Below are positions 26,174-39,151 of a stretch of DNA of 64,000 bases, in pieces. Source of the stretch: Heptranchias perlo. Taxonomy: Eukaryota. The DNA is taken from assembly GCF_035084215.1 (NCBI RefSeq), contig NC_090351.1:23994001-24058000 (forward strand), written 5' to 3'. Each line of letters opens with the position of its first letter. Position 1 is the stretch's first letter. The position numbers and the translations under genes are program-made. The notes beneath the pieces were generated by a model. It was given only the letters and a program-made list of their open reading frames with translations, did not search any database and was not told where the DNA came from.

Positions 26174-26969
26174 GGGCTTAATTTTGAAATGATGGTGGGT
26201 TGGCAGCGGTCGGGGGGGGCGGGGGGGGGGGGTGGGGGGTGGTGAAGGTGGGGATGGCAAACCCGAATAAACAAACCTTACCATTTCGGATGGAATCGCA
26301 TCGTAATTGAGGTGATTAACGTGCACTCCGGGTTTTGTGCCTTGGCAGCCAGCCTGATTGATATCCGGCGCTGAAACTGAAGATCGGTGGGCGGGGTGGG
26401 GGGTTGGTGGTGGGGGAGAGTGGAAGATCGGGAAGGGGAGAGGGGAAGATTGGGGGAGGATAGGGGAAGATCGGGGGGACATCGGGGGGAGGTGAAGAAG
26501 GGGAGATCGGGGGGACATCGAGGGGGTGGAGAGGGGGAGATCGGAGAGGGAGACATCGGACATTGGAGCAGGGTGGAAAGGTAAGTTGATTTTGTGTGTT
26601 AACTTCGTGCAATGGTTTTTTATTTAATTTATTTAGTTTCTTTTTGCCTGATTCTGCCCTTCACGTCAGGTTTCGCAAGGCGTGAATCAGAAGCTGTGGG
26701 AAAGCCGCCCAGGTAATTTAAAAATCGTTCTAACTACATAATGTGTCACAAGTAAAGTGCCTTAAGTACCTCAGGTACATTTGGCTCTTTAACAATTAAA
26801 GCCGGCAGGACCTCGGGATCCAGGACGCCCGCACGCACACATGTGCGTCCGTCGGGAACTTGGACGTCGGCGGGTTGGAGCCGGGCTCCGAACCTGAATG
26901 GGATTTCCCTGATTTTCAGAGCTATCCTCACTCCCAACGCACCCGCAATTTCCTGGGAAAATCGAGCCC
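26174..26969. mobile_element. Harbinger-type MITE with internal G-rich (GATCG-core) repeat
   Basis: TIR gggcttaatttt / aaaatcgagccc; TSD CTT (26171-26173, 26970-26972). Confidence 0.7.
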
Positions 26970-27837
26970 CTTGTCTTAATTGGCTCCGACCCCAAACCTT
27001 GATTACACTACCTCCAGGCCCTGGACTTCGGTACAGTCACCTCAGGATATCAGAGTTTCTACTGCTGCATGAGGTTGGGGTGGAGTCAGAATCCCCTCTC
27101 CCTGTCCTCCCTGTATACCAAAGCTTCAATATTGGTTTTCATCATACTATATTCATCATTGCTGTTTTGCTGCTGTCTCTTGGCCCCACATATCCCCACT
27201 GCTTCCCCATCTCAGACGGTCCACCCTCCCCACTTCCTGCGACTGGCTCCAATCTTTTCGTTGGTTGCCTCCTGGCCCTGTCCGCTCACCCCTTCCCGGC
27301 ACTTCCACTCACATCTTCCAATCTCTGGCTTACTATTTTCTAGCCCCAGCCTCCTCATTGTCATTATTGATTTACCCACTGTCTCCTAGCCCCCAAACTT
27401 ACACACACTCAGCTTGGACGTAAAAAGGGTCGGTACTGCACTGCGAGGCAGTGGCAGTTCAACCCTAGGGTTCAGATTTCCCAAAGTTCAGATTGTTTAT
27501 TAACTTGAGCACACACTATGAAAAGTACTCATGTGAGTAAAATAGTCGAATACACATAATGCTTGTCAAGCAGCAATGAAAGAGAAATGTGCAATTTTCC
27601 AATGGAGTTGCTGGTTTCGTACATTATGTAAAGGACTCCCATTTCAACCAGGAGTTAAAATAACTGTAGATGCAGGCAAAATTGCATTGTCAGTGGAACC
27701 GCACGTGGTTACGGTTATGGAGAACAGGAGACTTTAAGCAGTCGGGCTGCAAATTCAAGTTTGTTGCTGGGCTGGGAGGATGAACAATAACAACAAGGGA
27801 CCAGAATCAGGGAGGTCAGGAGGCAAAGAAAGTAACG

Positions 27838-28680
27838 GGCCTAGGCAGCTGAAGGCATGGCCGTCAATGGTGGAGTGATTAAAATCGGGGATGCGTAAGA
27901 GGCCGGAATTGGATGAGTGCAGAGATCTCGGAGGGTTGTATGGCTGGAGGGGGTTATAGAGACAGGGAGGAGTGAGGCCATGGAGAGATTTGAAAACAAG
28001 GATGAGAATTTTAAAACTGAGGTGTTCCTGGACCGGGAGCCAATGTAGGTCAGCGAGCATAGGGATGATGGATGAGGTAGGATACGGTCATCAGAGTTTT
28101 GGATAAGCTCAAGTTTATGGAGGGTGGTAGATGGGAAGCCGGAGAGCATTAGAATGGCCAAGTCTAGAGGTAACAAAGGCATGGATGAGGGTTTTAGCAG
28201 CAGAAGAGCTGAGGCAGAGGTGGAGACGGGCGATGTTATGGAGGTGGAAGTAGGCAGTCTTAGTGATGGAGATGATATGAGGTCGGAAGCTCATCCCAGA
28301 GTCAAAATTGGACGCCAAGGTTGCGAACAGTTTGATTCAGCCTCAAACAGTGGTCAGGGAGAGGGATTGAGCTGGTGGTGAGGGAATGGAATTTGTGGGG
28401 GAACCGAAGACAATGGCTTTGGTTTTCCCAATAGTTAGTTGGAGGAAATTTCTGTTTGTCCAGTAAGGGATGTCGGATAAGCAGCATGACAAATTGACAA
28501 CAGTGGAAGGGTTGAGAGAGGTGGTGGTGAGATAGACCTGGGTGTCGTCAGCGTACATGTGGAACCTAACGTTGTGCTTTTGGATGATGTCGCCAAGGGG
28601 CAGCAAGTAGATGAGAAATAGAAGGGGGCCAAGGATAGATCCTTGGGGAACTCCAGAGGTAACAGTGCAGGAATGGGAAG
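27838..28680 (-). mobile_element. L2 LINE, 3' part, split from its 5' part by CR1
   Basis: Minus ORFs: LPLGDIIQKHNVRFHMYADDTQVY; TLIHAFVTSRL; FKILILVFKSLHGLTPP. Confidence 0.88.
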
Positions 28681-30652
28681 AATCATAGAATCATAGAAAT
28701 TTACGGCACAGAAGGAGGCCATTTGGCCTACGTGTCTCTGTGCCTGCCGATAAGGAGTTATCCAGCCGAATTCCACTTTCCAGCTCTTGGTCCGTAGCCT
28801 TGTAGGTTACAACACTTCAAGTGCACATCAAAGTACTTTTTAAATGCAATGAGGGTTTCTGCCTCTACCACCCTCTCAGGCAATGTGTTCCAGGCCCCTA
28901 CCATCCTCTGAGTGAAAACATTTCTCCTCCACTCCCCTCTAATCTTTCTACCAATTATTTTAAATCTATGTCCCTTGCTTATTAACCTCTCTGCTCAGGG
29001 AAATAGGTCCTTCCTATCCACTCTAGGCCCCTCATAATTTATACACCGTAATTAAATCTTCCCTCAGCCTCCTCTGTTCTGCAGAAAGCAACCCCAGCAT
29101 TTCCAATCTTTCCTAATAGCAAAAATTCTCCAGTCCTGGCAACACCCTCATAAATCTCCACCGTACCCTCTCTGGTGCAATCACATCCTTCCTGTAATGT
29201 GGTGACTCGAACTCTATGCGGTACTCTAGCTGTGGCCTAACTAGTGTTTTTTATAGTTTGAGCATAACCTACTTGCTCTTATATTCTATGCCTCGTCTAA
29301 TAAAGGAAAGTATCCGATATGTCTTCTTAACCACTTTATCTATCTGTGCTGCAACCTTCAGGGATCTGTGAACATGCACACCAAGGTCCCTCACTTCCTC
29401 TACACCTTTCAATATCCTTCCGTTTATTGTGTACTCCCTTGCCTTGTTTGCCCTCCCCAAATGCATTACCTCATACTTCTCCGGATTGAATTCCATTTGC
29501 CATTTTTCTGCCAACCTGACCAGTCCATTGATACCTGCCTGCAATGTACAGCTTTCCTCCTCACTATCAACCACATGGCCAACTTTTGTATCGTCTGCAA
29601 ACTTCTTAATCATGCCCCCTACATTTAAGTCTAATTCATTAATACATACCGCAAAATGCAATGGATCTAGTACTGAGCCTCGCAGAACTTCTCTGGAAAC
29701 AGCCTTCCAGTCACAAAAACACCCGTCGACCATTACTCTTTGCTTTCTGCCACTGAGCCAATTTTGGATTCAATTTGCCACATTTCCTTGGATCCCATGG
29801 GCTTTTACTTTTCTGACCAGTCTGCCATGTGGGACCTTGTCAAAAGCCTTGCTAAAATCCATGTAGACTATCTCAAATGTGCTACCCTCATCGACCCTTC
29901 TTGTTACCTCCTCAAAAATTCAATTAAGTTAGTCAGACACAACCTTCCCTTAACAAATCCATGCTGACTGTCCTTGATTAATATGTGCCTTTCTAAATGA
30001 CAATTAATATCGTCCCACAATTTTTTTTCCAATAATTGTCCAACACCGAGGTTAGGCTGACTGGCCTGTAATTACTTGGTTTATCCCTTTCTCCCTTTTT
30101 ATATAACGGTAGCAGTCCTCCAGTCCTCCGGCACCATGCCTGAAGACGGAGAGGATTGGAAAATGGTTGTCAGAGCCTTCGCTATTTCCTCCCTTGCTTC
30201 TCTTAACAGCATGGGTACATTTCATCCGGCCCTGGCGATTTGTCTACCTTCAAAGATGCTAAACCTCTTATTATTTCCTCTCTCACTATGTTTATTCCAT
30301 CCAATATTTTAACTACAATATTTGCATCGTCCCCCTCTTTTGTGAAGACAGATGCAAAGTATTCATTAAGATCCAAACCCACATCTTCTGCCTTGACACA
30401 CAGGGTACCTTTTTGGTCTCTAATAGGCCCTCCTCTTTCCTTAGTTATCCCTTTGCTCTTTATGTATTTATAAAACAGCTTTGGGTTTTCCTTGATTTTA
30501 CTTGCCAATATTTTTTGCTCTCAACCCTCACTATCTCCTCCTTGAATGCCTCCCACTGCTTTGACACTGATTTACCTTCAAGTAGCTGTTTTCAGTCCAC
30601 TTTTGCTAAATCACATCTCAGCTTAGTAAAATTGGCCTTTCCCCAATTGAGA
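28681..30652 (-). mobile_element. CR1 LINE fragment nested in L2
   Basis: IKENPKLFYKYIKSK...KSPGPDEMYP; VLRGSVLDPL...IKKFADDTKV...WQMEFNPEK; (ATTCTATG)n tail at 28681. Confidence 0.92.
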
Positions 30653-30916
30653 AAAGAGAAACCATTGCAGGTGATTCTCTGGCTACAACTTGATAGGTAA
30701 GAATGGAACGAGGCGAGGGCAGTCCCACCTAGTTGAACAACGGAGGAGAGGCGTTGGAGGAAGATGGTGTGGTCAACTGTGTCAAAGGCAGCAGACAGGT
30801 TGAGAAGGATGAGGAGGGATAATTTACCATGGTCACAGTCACATGGGATGTCATTTGTGACTTTGATAAGAGCCGTTTCAGAACTGTGGCGGGGTGGAAA
30901 TCTGATTGGAGGGATT
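30653..30916 (-). mobile_element. L2 LINE continuation (RT core)
   Basis: Minus strand reads ETALIKVTNDI...LLNLSAAFDTVDH. Confidence 0.8.
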
Positions 30917-31262
30917 CATAAGAAACATAAGAATTAGGAGCAGGAGGAGGCCAAACGGCCCCTTGAGCCTGCTCCGCCACTCTTTAAGATCATGGCTGAT
31001 CTTCGACCTCAACTCCACTTTCCCACCCGTTCCCCATATCCCTTGGAGTCCAAAAATCTATTGATCTCAGTCTTGAATATACCCAATGACTGAGAATCCA
31101 CAGCCCTCTGGGGTAGAAAATTCAAAATATTCACGCCCCTCCGAGTGAAGTAATTCCTCCTCATCTCAGTTTAAACTGTTTGATCCCTTATCCTGAGGCT
31201 ACGTCCCCTAGTTCTAGGCTCTTCAGACAGGGGAAACATCCTCTCAGCATCTACCCTGTCAA
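30917..31262 (-). mobile_element. Second CR1 3' fragment nested in the same L2
   Basis: Tail cataagaaacataagaattaggagcagg; body matches the 3' ends of CR1 copies at 711-1546 and 38194-38734. Confidence 0.85.
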
Positions 31263-32789
31263 GCCTGGAGTTTCGGGAAAGATGGGCACAGACTTGGGCA
31301 GCAACAATACATTCCCACGTGGAATTGCCACTTGTGATAGCTTTTAATCTACATTTAATTATTATATAATAAATAATATTCTAACTATTGCTGATATTTT
31401 AAAATTCACTTCAGTTCCATTTGAAATATGATTTCCATCACCAACCATGATCATTTCTGCTTCATCCTTGTTGCACTGATATACTGAGATCCAGTGGCAT
31501 AAGCTGGGCTCATTATATGAATCTGTGAAGAAGGACTGGTAGCTCTCAAAGGGGCAGGTTCAAGGCATGCTGAGTACATTCTTTAGGAGTGGGTTAAAAG
31601 TGGCCTGAAGTGACACCTTGTGATTTTCCTTTCCTGCTTCCTATTGTTCCTGGCAGCATAACTAAGATCGAAAATGTGTTTTATGGGGAAACCACATCCT
31701 TATATTCTGTGGCACAGCATGTTAGACCATTAACTATGGCACAATGCCACCATCGAGTCATACCCAGGCTTTTGTATGATTTAATTGTATGCATTACAAA
31801 GTTAAATAAAGAAGAAAAAGAATAGAATGGTATTTATAATATTGCCATAATGTAAACATCTTGTGTGTGGCTTGCCTAATGGAATACACGTAAAGTACAT
31901 CTACAGAGAGCACAATTTAGACTCTGGTGGGATTTATAAAGCAAGGCATTGAAATCTGTAAACAGCTGTGCCTAGATTAATGAACGAGGCACTGCATCAC
32001 TGTCACTGTGCCATTGCAGTATACACTTAACCAGCAAACATCTGTTTATTTTAATTAAGTGAATGTATATATCTACCAATTTCTCAATCACGAACTACCT
32101 CCTTTGTATTCTGATTGTTGACAAGTTTTTAAGGCATTTGATAAATGGCGTTATGGTGAAACAATTTTTTTATTGCATTCTTTCATGCCTTCATTGTTTA
32201 ACAAGAGGTGTTGCTATGAAAAGCCATGAGGCAGGAAACATTTTTATATTTTATTAAAGAAAGGGACTTCTCATTATTGCTGCTCTTTTTACAAAAAAAA
32301 AATCAAAGTAATACACAACAATTAGGAATCAACTTGAGCAGTTTTGTTTATTCCCCCTGCTTCTGCTGACTTTAACAAATATTACGTATGAATCATACTG
32401 ATCAACTAATGTTGCTCACAGGTCGTCTGGGCTCTAAAGCACAGTTGTGCTATTTCGCTGCTGAGATGTTTAACCTGTCCCATCCCTCTATGGCAAATGG
32501 ACAGATGCTCCCTGTGGGGAAATGTGGTCCAAATAGGAACATTCAGAGATCGATTAGAGGGTAATTTCTGAGGGAAGTTTCTGTATATTCCTGCTTGTAA
32601 ATCCCTGACTCCTACCCTTGGGGAGAGGCCAGGTTATCAACATCAGAAATTATTGGTTTTCTCTCTCTTTCATTTGCTGCTTTTTATACTTTAAAGCATG
32701 ATGACAAGCACTAAATACAAAATGTTTTATAATATAGACGGTGAGTGCTAATGACAGCCTCGGTGGAACTGAGTGGAAAGAGTTAGGTA

Positions 32790-33290
32790 CCGCACCCCCC
32801 ATCCCTCTCAAAACAGCTGTCATCACCCCCCTCAAAAAAAACACCTTTGACCCCTCTTGTAACATACTGCCCTATTCTAACTTTCCTTTCCTCTATAAAG
32901 ACCTTGAACACGCTATTGCCTCCCAAATCCATGCCCATCTTTCTTCGAACTCCACGTTTGAATCTCTCCAATCAAGTTTCTGTCCCTGCTATAGCACTGA
33001 AACAGCCCTAATCAAAGTCACAAATGACATCCTCCATGACTGTGACCATGGAGCACTACCTCCTCTCATTCTTCTTGACCTCTCAGCAGCTTTTGACACA
33101 ATCGAACATACTATCCTCCTTCAGCATTTCTTGTCTGTTGTCTAGATGAGTGGGACTGCCCACTCTTACCTATCCAACTGTAGCCAGAGCATCTCCAGCA
33201 ATGGCTTCTCTTCCAGTCCCCAACTGTTATCTCTGGAGTCCCCCAAGAATATATCCTTGCTCCCCCCGACTTCGATGCCAACATCATCCA
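32790..33290 (+). mobile_element. L2 LINE RT fragment
   Basis: KTAVITPLKKNTFDPS...FESLQSSF...STETALIKVTNDI...LLDLSAAFDTIEH. Confidence 0.88.
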
Positions 33291-33511
33291 AAGACAGTGT
33301 CCCTGATTTTAACTCCCCCCCACCTGGCGAAAACTGGGGTAGGGAGGCAGTTAAAATATTGCAGGTCACTTACCCCCTTCTGACCCGCTGCCTTCCTGCC
33401 ATGTCCCGGTATGAACCTACGCTTTTGAGCAGGCGAGCAGGCCACCCGCAGGAAGGAAACAGGGTCCTATTTTAAATATGCAGATCAGGTCCAATAATGC
33501 CATCGGCTAGA

Positions 33512-34130
33512 CTCCCGATCTCTGCCACAGTCTTCTCCTCCCCCTCCCGATCTCTTCCTCAGTCTTCTCATGCCCCCCCCCATCTCTGCCACAGTCTTCT
33601 CCTCCCCCTCCCGATCTCTTCCTCAGTCTTCTCACGCCCCCCCCATCTCTGCCACAGTCTTCTCCCCCCTCCCGATCTCTGCCACAGTCTTCTCCTCCCC
33701 CTCCCGATCTCTGCCACAGTCTTCTCACCACCCCCCCCCCCCCGATCTCTGCCACAGTCTTCTCTCCCCTCCTGAACTCTGCCACAGTCTTCTCCCCCCT
33801 CCCGAACTCTACGTCTTCTCCCCCCCCCCCACAATCTCTGTCACAGTCTCCTCCCCCTCTCGATCTCTGCCATAGCCATCTACCCACCCTCCGATCTCTG
33901 CCACAGACTTCTCCCTCTTCCCGATCTCTGCCACAGTCTTCTCCCCCCTCCTGATCTCTGCCACAGTCTCCTCCCCTTCCCGATCTCTGCCACAGTTGTC
34001 TACCCACCCCCCGATCTCTGCCACAGTCTTCTCCCCCTCCCAACCTCTGCCTTAGTCCTCTCCCCCCTCCCGATCTCTGCCACAGTCTTCTCCCCACACT
34101 CCGCTCTGCCACAGCCTTCTCCCCCCTCTC
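33512..34130. repeat. Minisatellite with ~30-bp unit (cccgatctctgccacagtcttctcccccct), following a MITE-like segment at about 33299-33500
   Basis: About 20 imperfect tandem units read directly. Confidence 0.9.
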
Positions 34131-34149
34131 CCCTCCCTGCCTCTTCACC

Positions 34150-34326
34150 TCCATCTCCACCTTTAAGACCAACCATTAAACCCACCTCTGAACAATCTTT
34201 TAGTAACCCCTCCTAATATCTCCTTCTTTGGCTCAGAGTCCATTTTTATCTGATTCTGCTTCTGTGAAGTGCCTTGGGACGTTGTTCTATGTTAAACGCA
34301 CTCTATAAATTCAAGCTGTTGTTGTT
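34150..34326 (+). mobile_element. L2 3' tail
   Basis: tgtgaagtgccttgggacgtt...ctataaattcaagctgttgttgtt. Confidence 0.7.
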
Positions 34327-35517
34327 CAAGCTGACAGTGTGAGGGAGATGAATCAACAACATATATGGTTGAACTGATAAGATTGTTAAAGTGCCTTAGT
34401 AATGACCATTAGCTAGCTCTCATTCTGTTGGACTCTAAACTCAATAGGCTGAAGGCTTATTAGAAGAACAGCTTTCTTGGATGGACAGGGTGTTCACTGT
34501 ACGGGAATGATTTGGCCTGAAATCAAAAGCTAGGAATCAAAATTAATTTACTTTAAAGACAAAGGCATTTCAAGAAATTTCTTCTGCATAATGATCCAAA
34601 TTATGCTGAAATATCCCAGCTTTATATTCAATTACTAAGTCCAATAATATTATACTGAAAATAAATACTTCAAAAACTTGTCTGGAGCAAAATCTACAAA
34701 AGTAAAATATTACTGAAGGAAAAACTAGTCATCAGGCTGAAAACCTGCTACCTATCGTGAGTTATAAAACCATGTCTGATTCCCAGTCTATGAACACAGG
34801 CCATCATTCCTATACAGTGAGGTCTACTAGAAAAATATCCCATTTGCCCAGACAAAATGTTCAAGCAAGTTAGATGTTATTGTAACAAGATTCTGTTACT
34901 GATATGGGGGTACAGCCCCAAGACGGTGTGTCACAGATTGATGTGATGTGAGCTCCCAATCTCAGCTGTGCTGTCAGGAGGCCAGAGGGGGAGAGGGAAA
35001 ATTGGAAGGCAAGTCAGCCCCTGGTCTTCTTATGTACCTCAGTCATAGACCGATCTTGGAATTAGATTTTATTCCCCTCTTCTCAACCGGACATTGGAGT
35101 GAAATATATAACGAGTGTGCAAATGGTAAGAATGAGGGTGTCATTGAACACCTCAGTTACCCCCGATAAGCTGGGGTTGACATGATGTTGCCTTGGCTAC
35201 CTTGCACAGCAGCCTGAACTACAAGAACCCGAACTGAGATTGTACGACATTTATGTATTGTTTATAATCAAAATATTTGCATTTCATATCACATTCAAAG
35301 AATTCACACAATGAATGACTTTTAGTGTATAGTGACTGGCCTTAGATAGGCAAATATCTTGAAATGAAACACAAACATATGTGCTAGCGATGAACATTAG
35401 AAAGGGGAAATAATTTAATCGATGACAATTATCAGCAACTACATGATCATTCTCAGTGCCCCTGTTCTATTCACAGTAAGTAAGCCTCTCTTATTCTGTT
35501 TAAAGTATATTCCAGAG

Positions 35518-35890
35518 CCTCCTCCGATGGTTCAGCTGGTAAAGTCAGTGAGTAGTTCAACTATACAGGCCAGGAAAGTCCAAGGTTTGATCTCCGTTGG
35601 TCTCAGACAGAGTGGCTCGAGAGTCACGAAGATTAGCTTCAGTGCCCTTCAATGAAGGAGAGAAAAATAGACCAGAGTTCTCACTCCGGATCACTATTCA
35701 GTGATCTCTGCTGGAAATTTGTGTATTTGACTGAGGACATGATCAGGCTTGACTGTGATGCCTTCTAAGATCGAATAGCCTGTCAAAACCAATGGTCAAG
35801 GTTCACACGTGAGGAAAGTATCGAAAGGTGATCAATGGCCATGGAAGCCTACCCTAACATGGAATCAATGTCTTCAGGAAGGGAGGGCAG
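35518..35890 (+). mobile_element. tRNA-headed SINE (old family; other copies at about 37230-37580 minus and 55460-55740 plus)
   Basis: A-box-like tggttcagctgg, B-box-like ggtttgatc; shared body gaggacatgatcaggcttgactgtgatgcc...gttcacacgtgag. Confidence 0.55.
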
Positions 35891-37229
35891 GCACGGGGAC
35901 GGGAGAGACAAAAATTAGTGACAAAAGAAGGAAACAGGAAACAAGAAAACAAGGAAAATAAACTTCCTGAATTGTCCTAAATGGCGATGGTCAAGGGATC
36001 TTTAATTTTTTTGCAGTATTGATGATTTTGAACTATTTGAAAGATATGAAGGTATAAATTATGCTGCAGTGTGCTACATGCATGCTTAATACATTCATCC
36101 CCTTGTCCACAATTTTAATAGAAACATTACCCATTGTAAATGGGTTCATTCCTCTGTTTAAAAAGTGGATGGAGGAATTTGATGCAAATATACTAAGCAT
36201 GTGTATGATAATATCACACAGTAATTTCCAGACTATAATCTAGAAATTGTTTGAAACATCAATATTGTGAGAATAATTGTGAACATGTTGGACTCCCCCC
36301 CCCCTTCACCACTGCCCACCCCCCTCCCCATCGCCTACTGAATTTGGCTCTGTGGAGTTTGAAAGATAAATGTCCCCTTAAATGGTTGTGCTATCTACAC
36401 ATCTTTAAATTCACTTTGGGAATGAAGCCTCATAAATATTGAAAGGAACACAGAGAACAGGATGCAAATATATCTTCATTAATTTTTTACATCCCTCTGT
36501 TTTAATTCAGTTACAGTCAGAACCTACCCTACCCTGCAATAAAAATGCAATGTGGAATATCATACCCTTTTCAGGCACATTATTATTTAGGCCTACAGAA
36601 TTTACGGGTGATCAAAATTTATCTAAATAGTAATGCTGAGTGATTGGCATATCACCATGGCAGTAAGTTTGCTGTAGAGTGTTATTGATTTCCTCTTTAC
36701 AGAGTAGCAGTAAATGCAAAAGCATCTTAGAAATTCTTGTATGATTTGTCTCTATTTTCTTGGCAGCTTACCAACAAGGTTCCAGTAAATTCAGTAATAT
36801 CCGCATTGGCCACTCATCCTCTGCCAGACTCCCCTTTATTGATGTCAGTGTTCTGCTGAAATAAGTTGTCAGCAAGGTCTAGATAATTGCTGACGTCAGG
36901 GATTGGTGCACCCACTAAACCTCTGTGTGTAAAGGTAACAATGCCTTTTACTCTAACACTGTGTTTTTATCCACTCCATTTACGTCATCTGATGATAATC
37001 TGATAGGAAAGATCATTTTTTAAGTGGCAGTGTGGTAGGACAAGTCTTCAACTGAAAATGAGGCTGACCTTAAAAAACAATTATGTTCATCTTCTGTGGT
37101 ATTAACACATGAACAGGCTAGTTCTCTAACAAGTATATACATATACAATGTCATAAAGTTGGGTAAATTTAATTTGATAGAGCATGTGTATTTCAATATG
37201 CTAAATTTTCAAAGGCAGTTGTGCAATTT

Positions 37230-37582
37230 TTTTCTCTCCAATTGACTCCCTCACTGGAATATGATTAAATAGTGGCTGGGGACTTTCTAGTATCTTGTCC
37301 AAATGACCATTTTCATGTCTGAGCCTTGACAATGAGTATCAGTAGGCTAACTAACTGTGGAAGACAGCACAGCTCAACCCAATACTGTCCTCACCCAGCA
37401 TCCACACATTCACACTTACCATAGGGGTTTCTTTATAACATTTAAGAATGGGAAACCTGGATGATTTTCCCTTTCCTAATTTGGACGCTATCACCAACTA
37501 TAGCACTCTACTACTGCCCTGACTGAAATGAGGTAACTCAGCATAGGCTGAGACTAGAAGCTGAACTCTATGGCTCAGAAAT
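37230..37582 (-). mobile_element. Same SINE family; its head is split by Harbinger H2 and resumes at about 40553-40577
   Basis: Reverse-complement similarity to 35518-35890; gtgtttacctctgagccattgggg follows H2. Confidence 0.5.
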
Positions 37583-38087
37583 AAAGGGCACTAAATTGGG
37601 CCATGTAGCGCCCGTTGTTTCGGAGCTACACAACCTCTCGAACATCCAAGATGGCACCTTGGCTGCGCACGTACGTTTCTAGCGTGACATGCGCCGGACG
37701 CCATTTTGGTACAGGAGTTAACGTGCAAATACCGATCGCTGGAATCATGGAGAAAATGCATGCAATCAGTGTGCAACGCTGATTTAAAGTGATAGACACC
37801 ATTTTGGACCTTAACCCTCAACTCAACGCACTGTCTTAACCACGCACACCTGAACGTGTCTTAGACTGCCTGGAGGACCCCCCCACTAGCGCTGTTTAAA
37901 GGGGCCGTGCAGAATTTACAGGTTAGTTGCTGGATTATTTCTTCTGGCTGCTGGTGGAATAGGAAGTTTTTTTTGAAGCTCCCGATACTGACTGAGAGTT
38001 CCTACAGTACTTTTGAGAGTGGTTTGGCAGGTACTGCCTTCTGGTTCGGAAAGTTACAACTGTGGTTGAGCAACATTCCTGGCAACC

Positions 38088-39151
38088 ATGGGCGGTCTGC
38101 TAGGGCTCCTGCTGGGCATTGAGCACTACTGGGAGCATGCAGAGAGGCCACGCCCAGCAGGTCAAGCTGTGAGGAGAGGGAGGACGAGGAGGCTTAAGAA
38201 AAGTCATTCTTGCTCTCGAGGCAGTACAAAGAAGGTTCACTCGGTTAATCCCGGGGATGAGGGGGCGGACATATGAGGAGAGGTTGAGTAGATTGGGACT
38301 CTACTCATTGGAGTTCAGAAGAATGAGAGGCGATCTTATTGAAACATATAAGATTGTGAAGGGGCTTGATTGGGTGGATGCGGTAAGGATGTTCCCAAGG
38401 ATGGGTGAAACTAGAACTAGGGGGCATAATCTTAGAATAAGGGGCTGCTCTTTCAAAACTGAGATGAGGAGAAACTTCTTCACTCAGAGGGTAGTAGGTC
38501 TGTGGAATTTGCTGCCCCAGGAAACTGTGGAAGCTACATCATTAAATAAATTTAAAACAGAAATAGACAGTTTCCTAGAAGTAAAGGGAATTAGGGGTTA
38601 CGGGGAGCGGGCAGGAAATTGGACATGAATTTAGATTTGAGGTTAGGATCAGATCAGCCATGATCTTATTGAATGGCGGAGCAGGCTCGAGGGGCCGATT
38701 GGCCTACTCCTGCTCCTATTTCTTATGTTCTTATGAGGCGCAGGACACTGAGCAGGAGGCCGTATCCAATGAGGGCCTTCTGGATCCAATTCTCTTACCT
38801 CAACATGACCGAGGAGGATTGCATCCGACGCCTGAGGTTCACCAAGGAAGCCGTGACCGAGATCTGTCAACTGGCGCGGCCACAACTGCAGCCTCAGAGC
38901 AGGGCAAGGACAGCATTGCCTGTGGCTGTGAAGGTCACTGTGGTGCTGAATTTCTATGACTCAGGAACATTTCAGGCCTCTGTTGGCAACATGTGCAACA
39001 TCTCGCCATATGCAGTGCACTGCTGCATAAGGGAGGTCCACAGACGCACCGTACCAGTTGAGGAACAGGTTCATTGCCTTCTCTCTTGACAGAGACAAGC
39101 AGAATGAGCAAGCATGGGCCGCCGTCGTCAACCAAAAGGGTTTCAACTCCC
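38088..39151 (+). pseudogene. Harbinger transposase 5' part, H2, interrupted by CR1
   Basis: MGGLLGLLLGIEHYWE... then SYLNMTEEDCIRRLRFTKEAVTEICQL...TALPVAVKVTVVLNFYDSGTFQASVG...; ends at NQKGFNSL. Confidence 0.88.
38194..38734 (+). mobile_element. CR1 3' fragment inserted in the H2 transposase
   Basis: YEERLSRLGLYSLEFRRMRGDLIETYK; tail ttcttatgttcttat; GAGGC duplicated at 38189-38193 and 38735-38739. Confidence 0.92.

Noticed and set aside
33497-34185. Regular ~30-bp repeats and several overlapping ORFs (CRISPR-like or repeat protein)
   Set aside because: Head-to-tail minisatellite with no unique spacers and no cas genes; the ORFs arise from low complexity.
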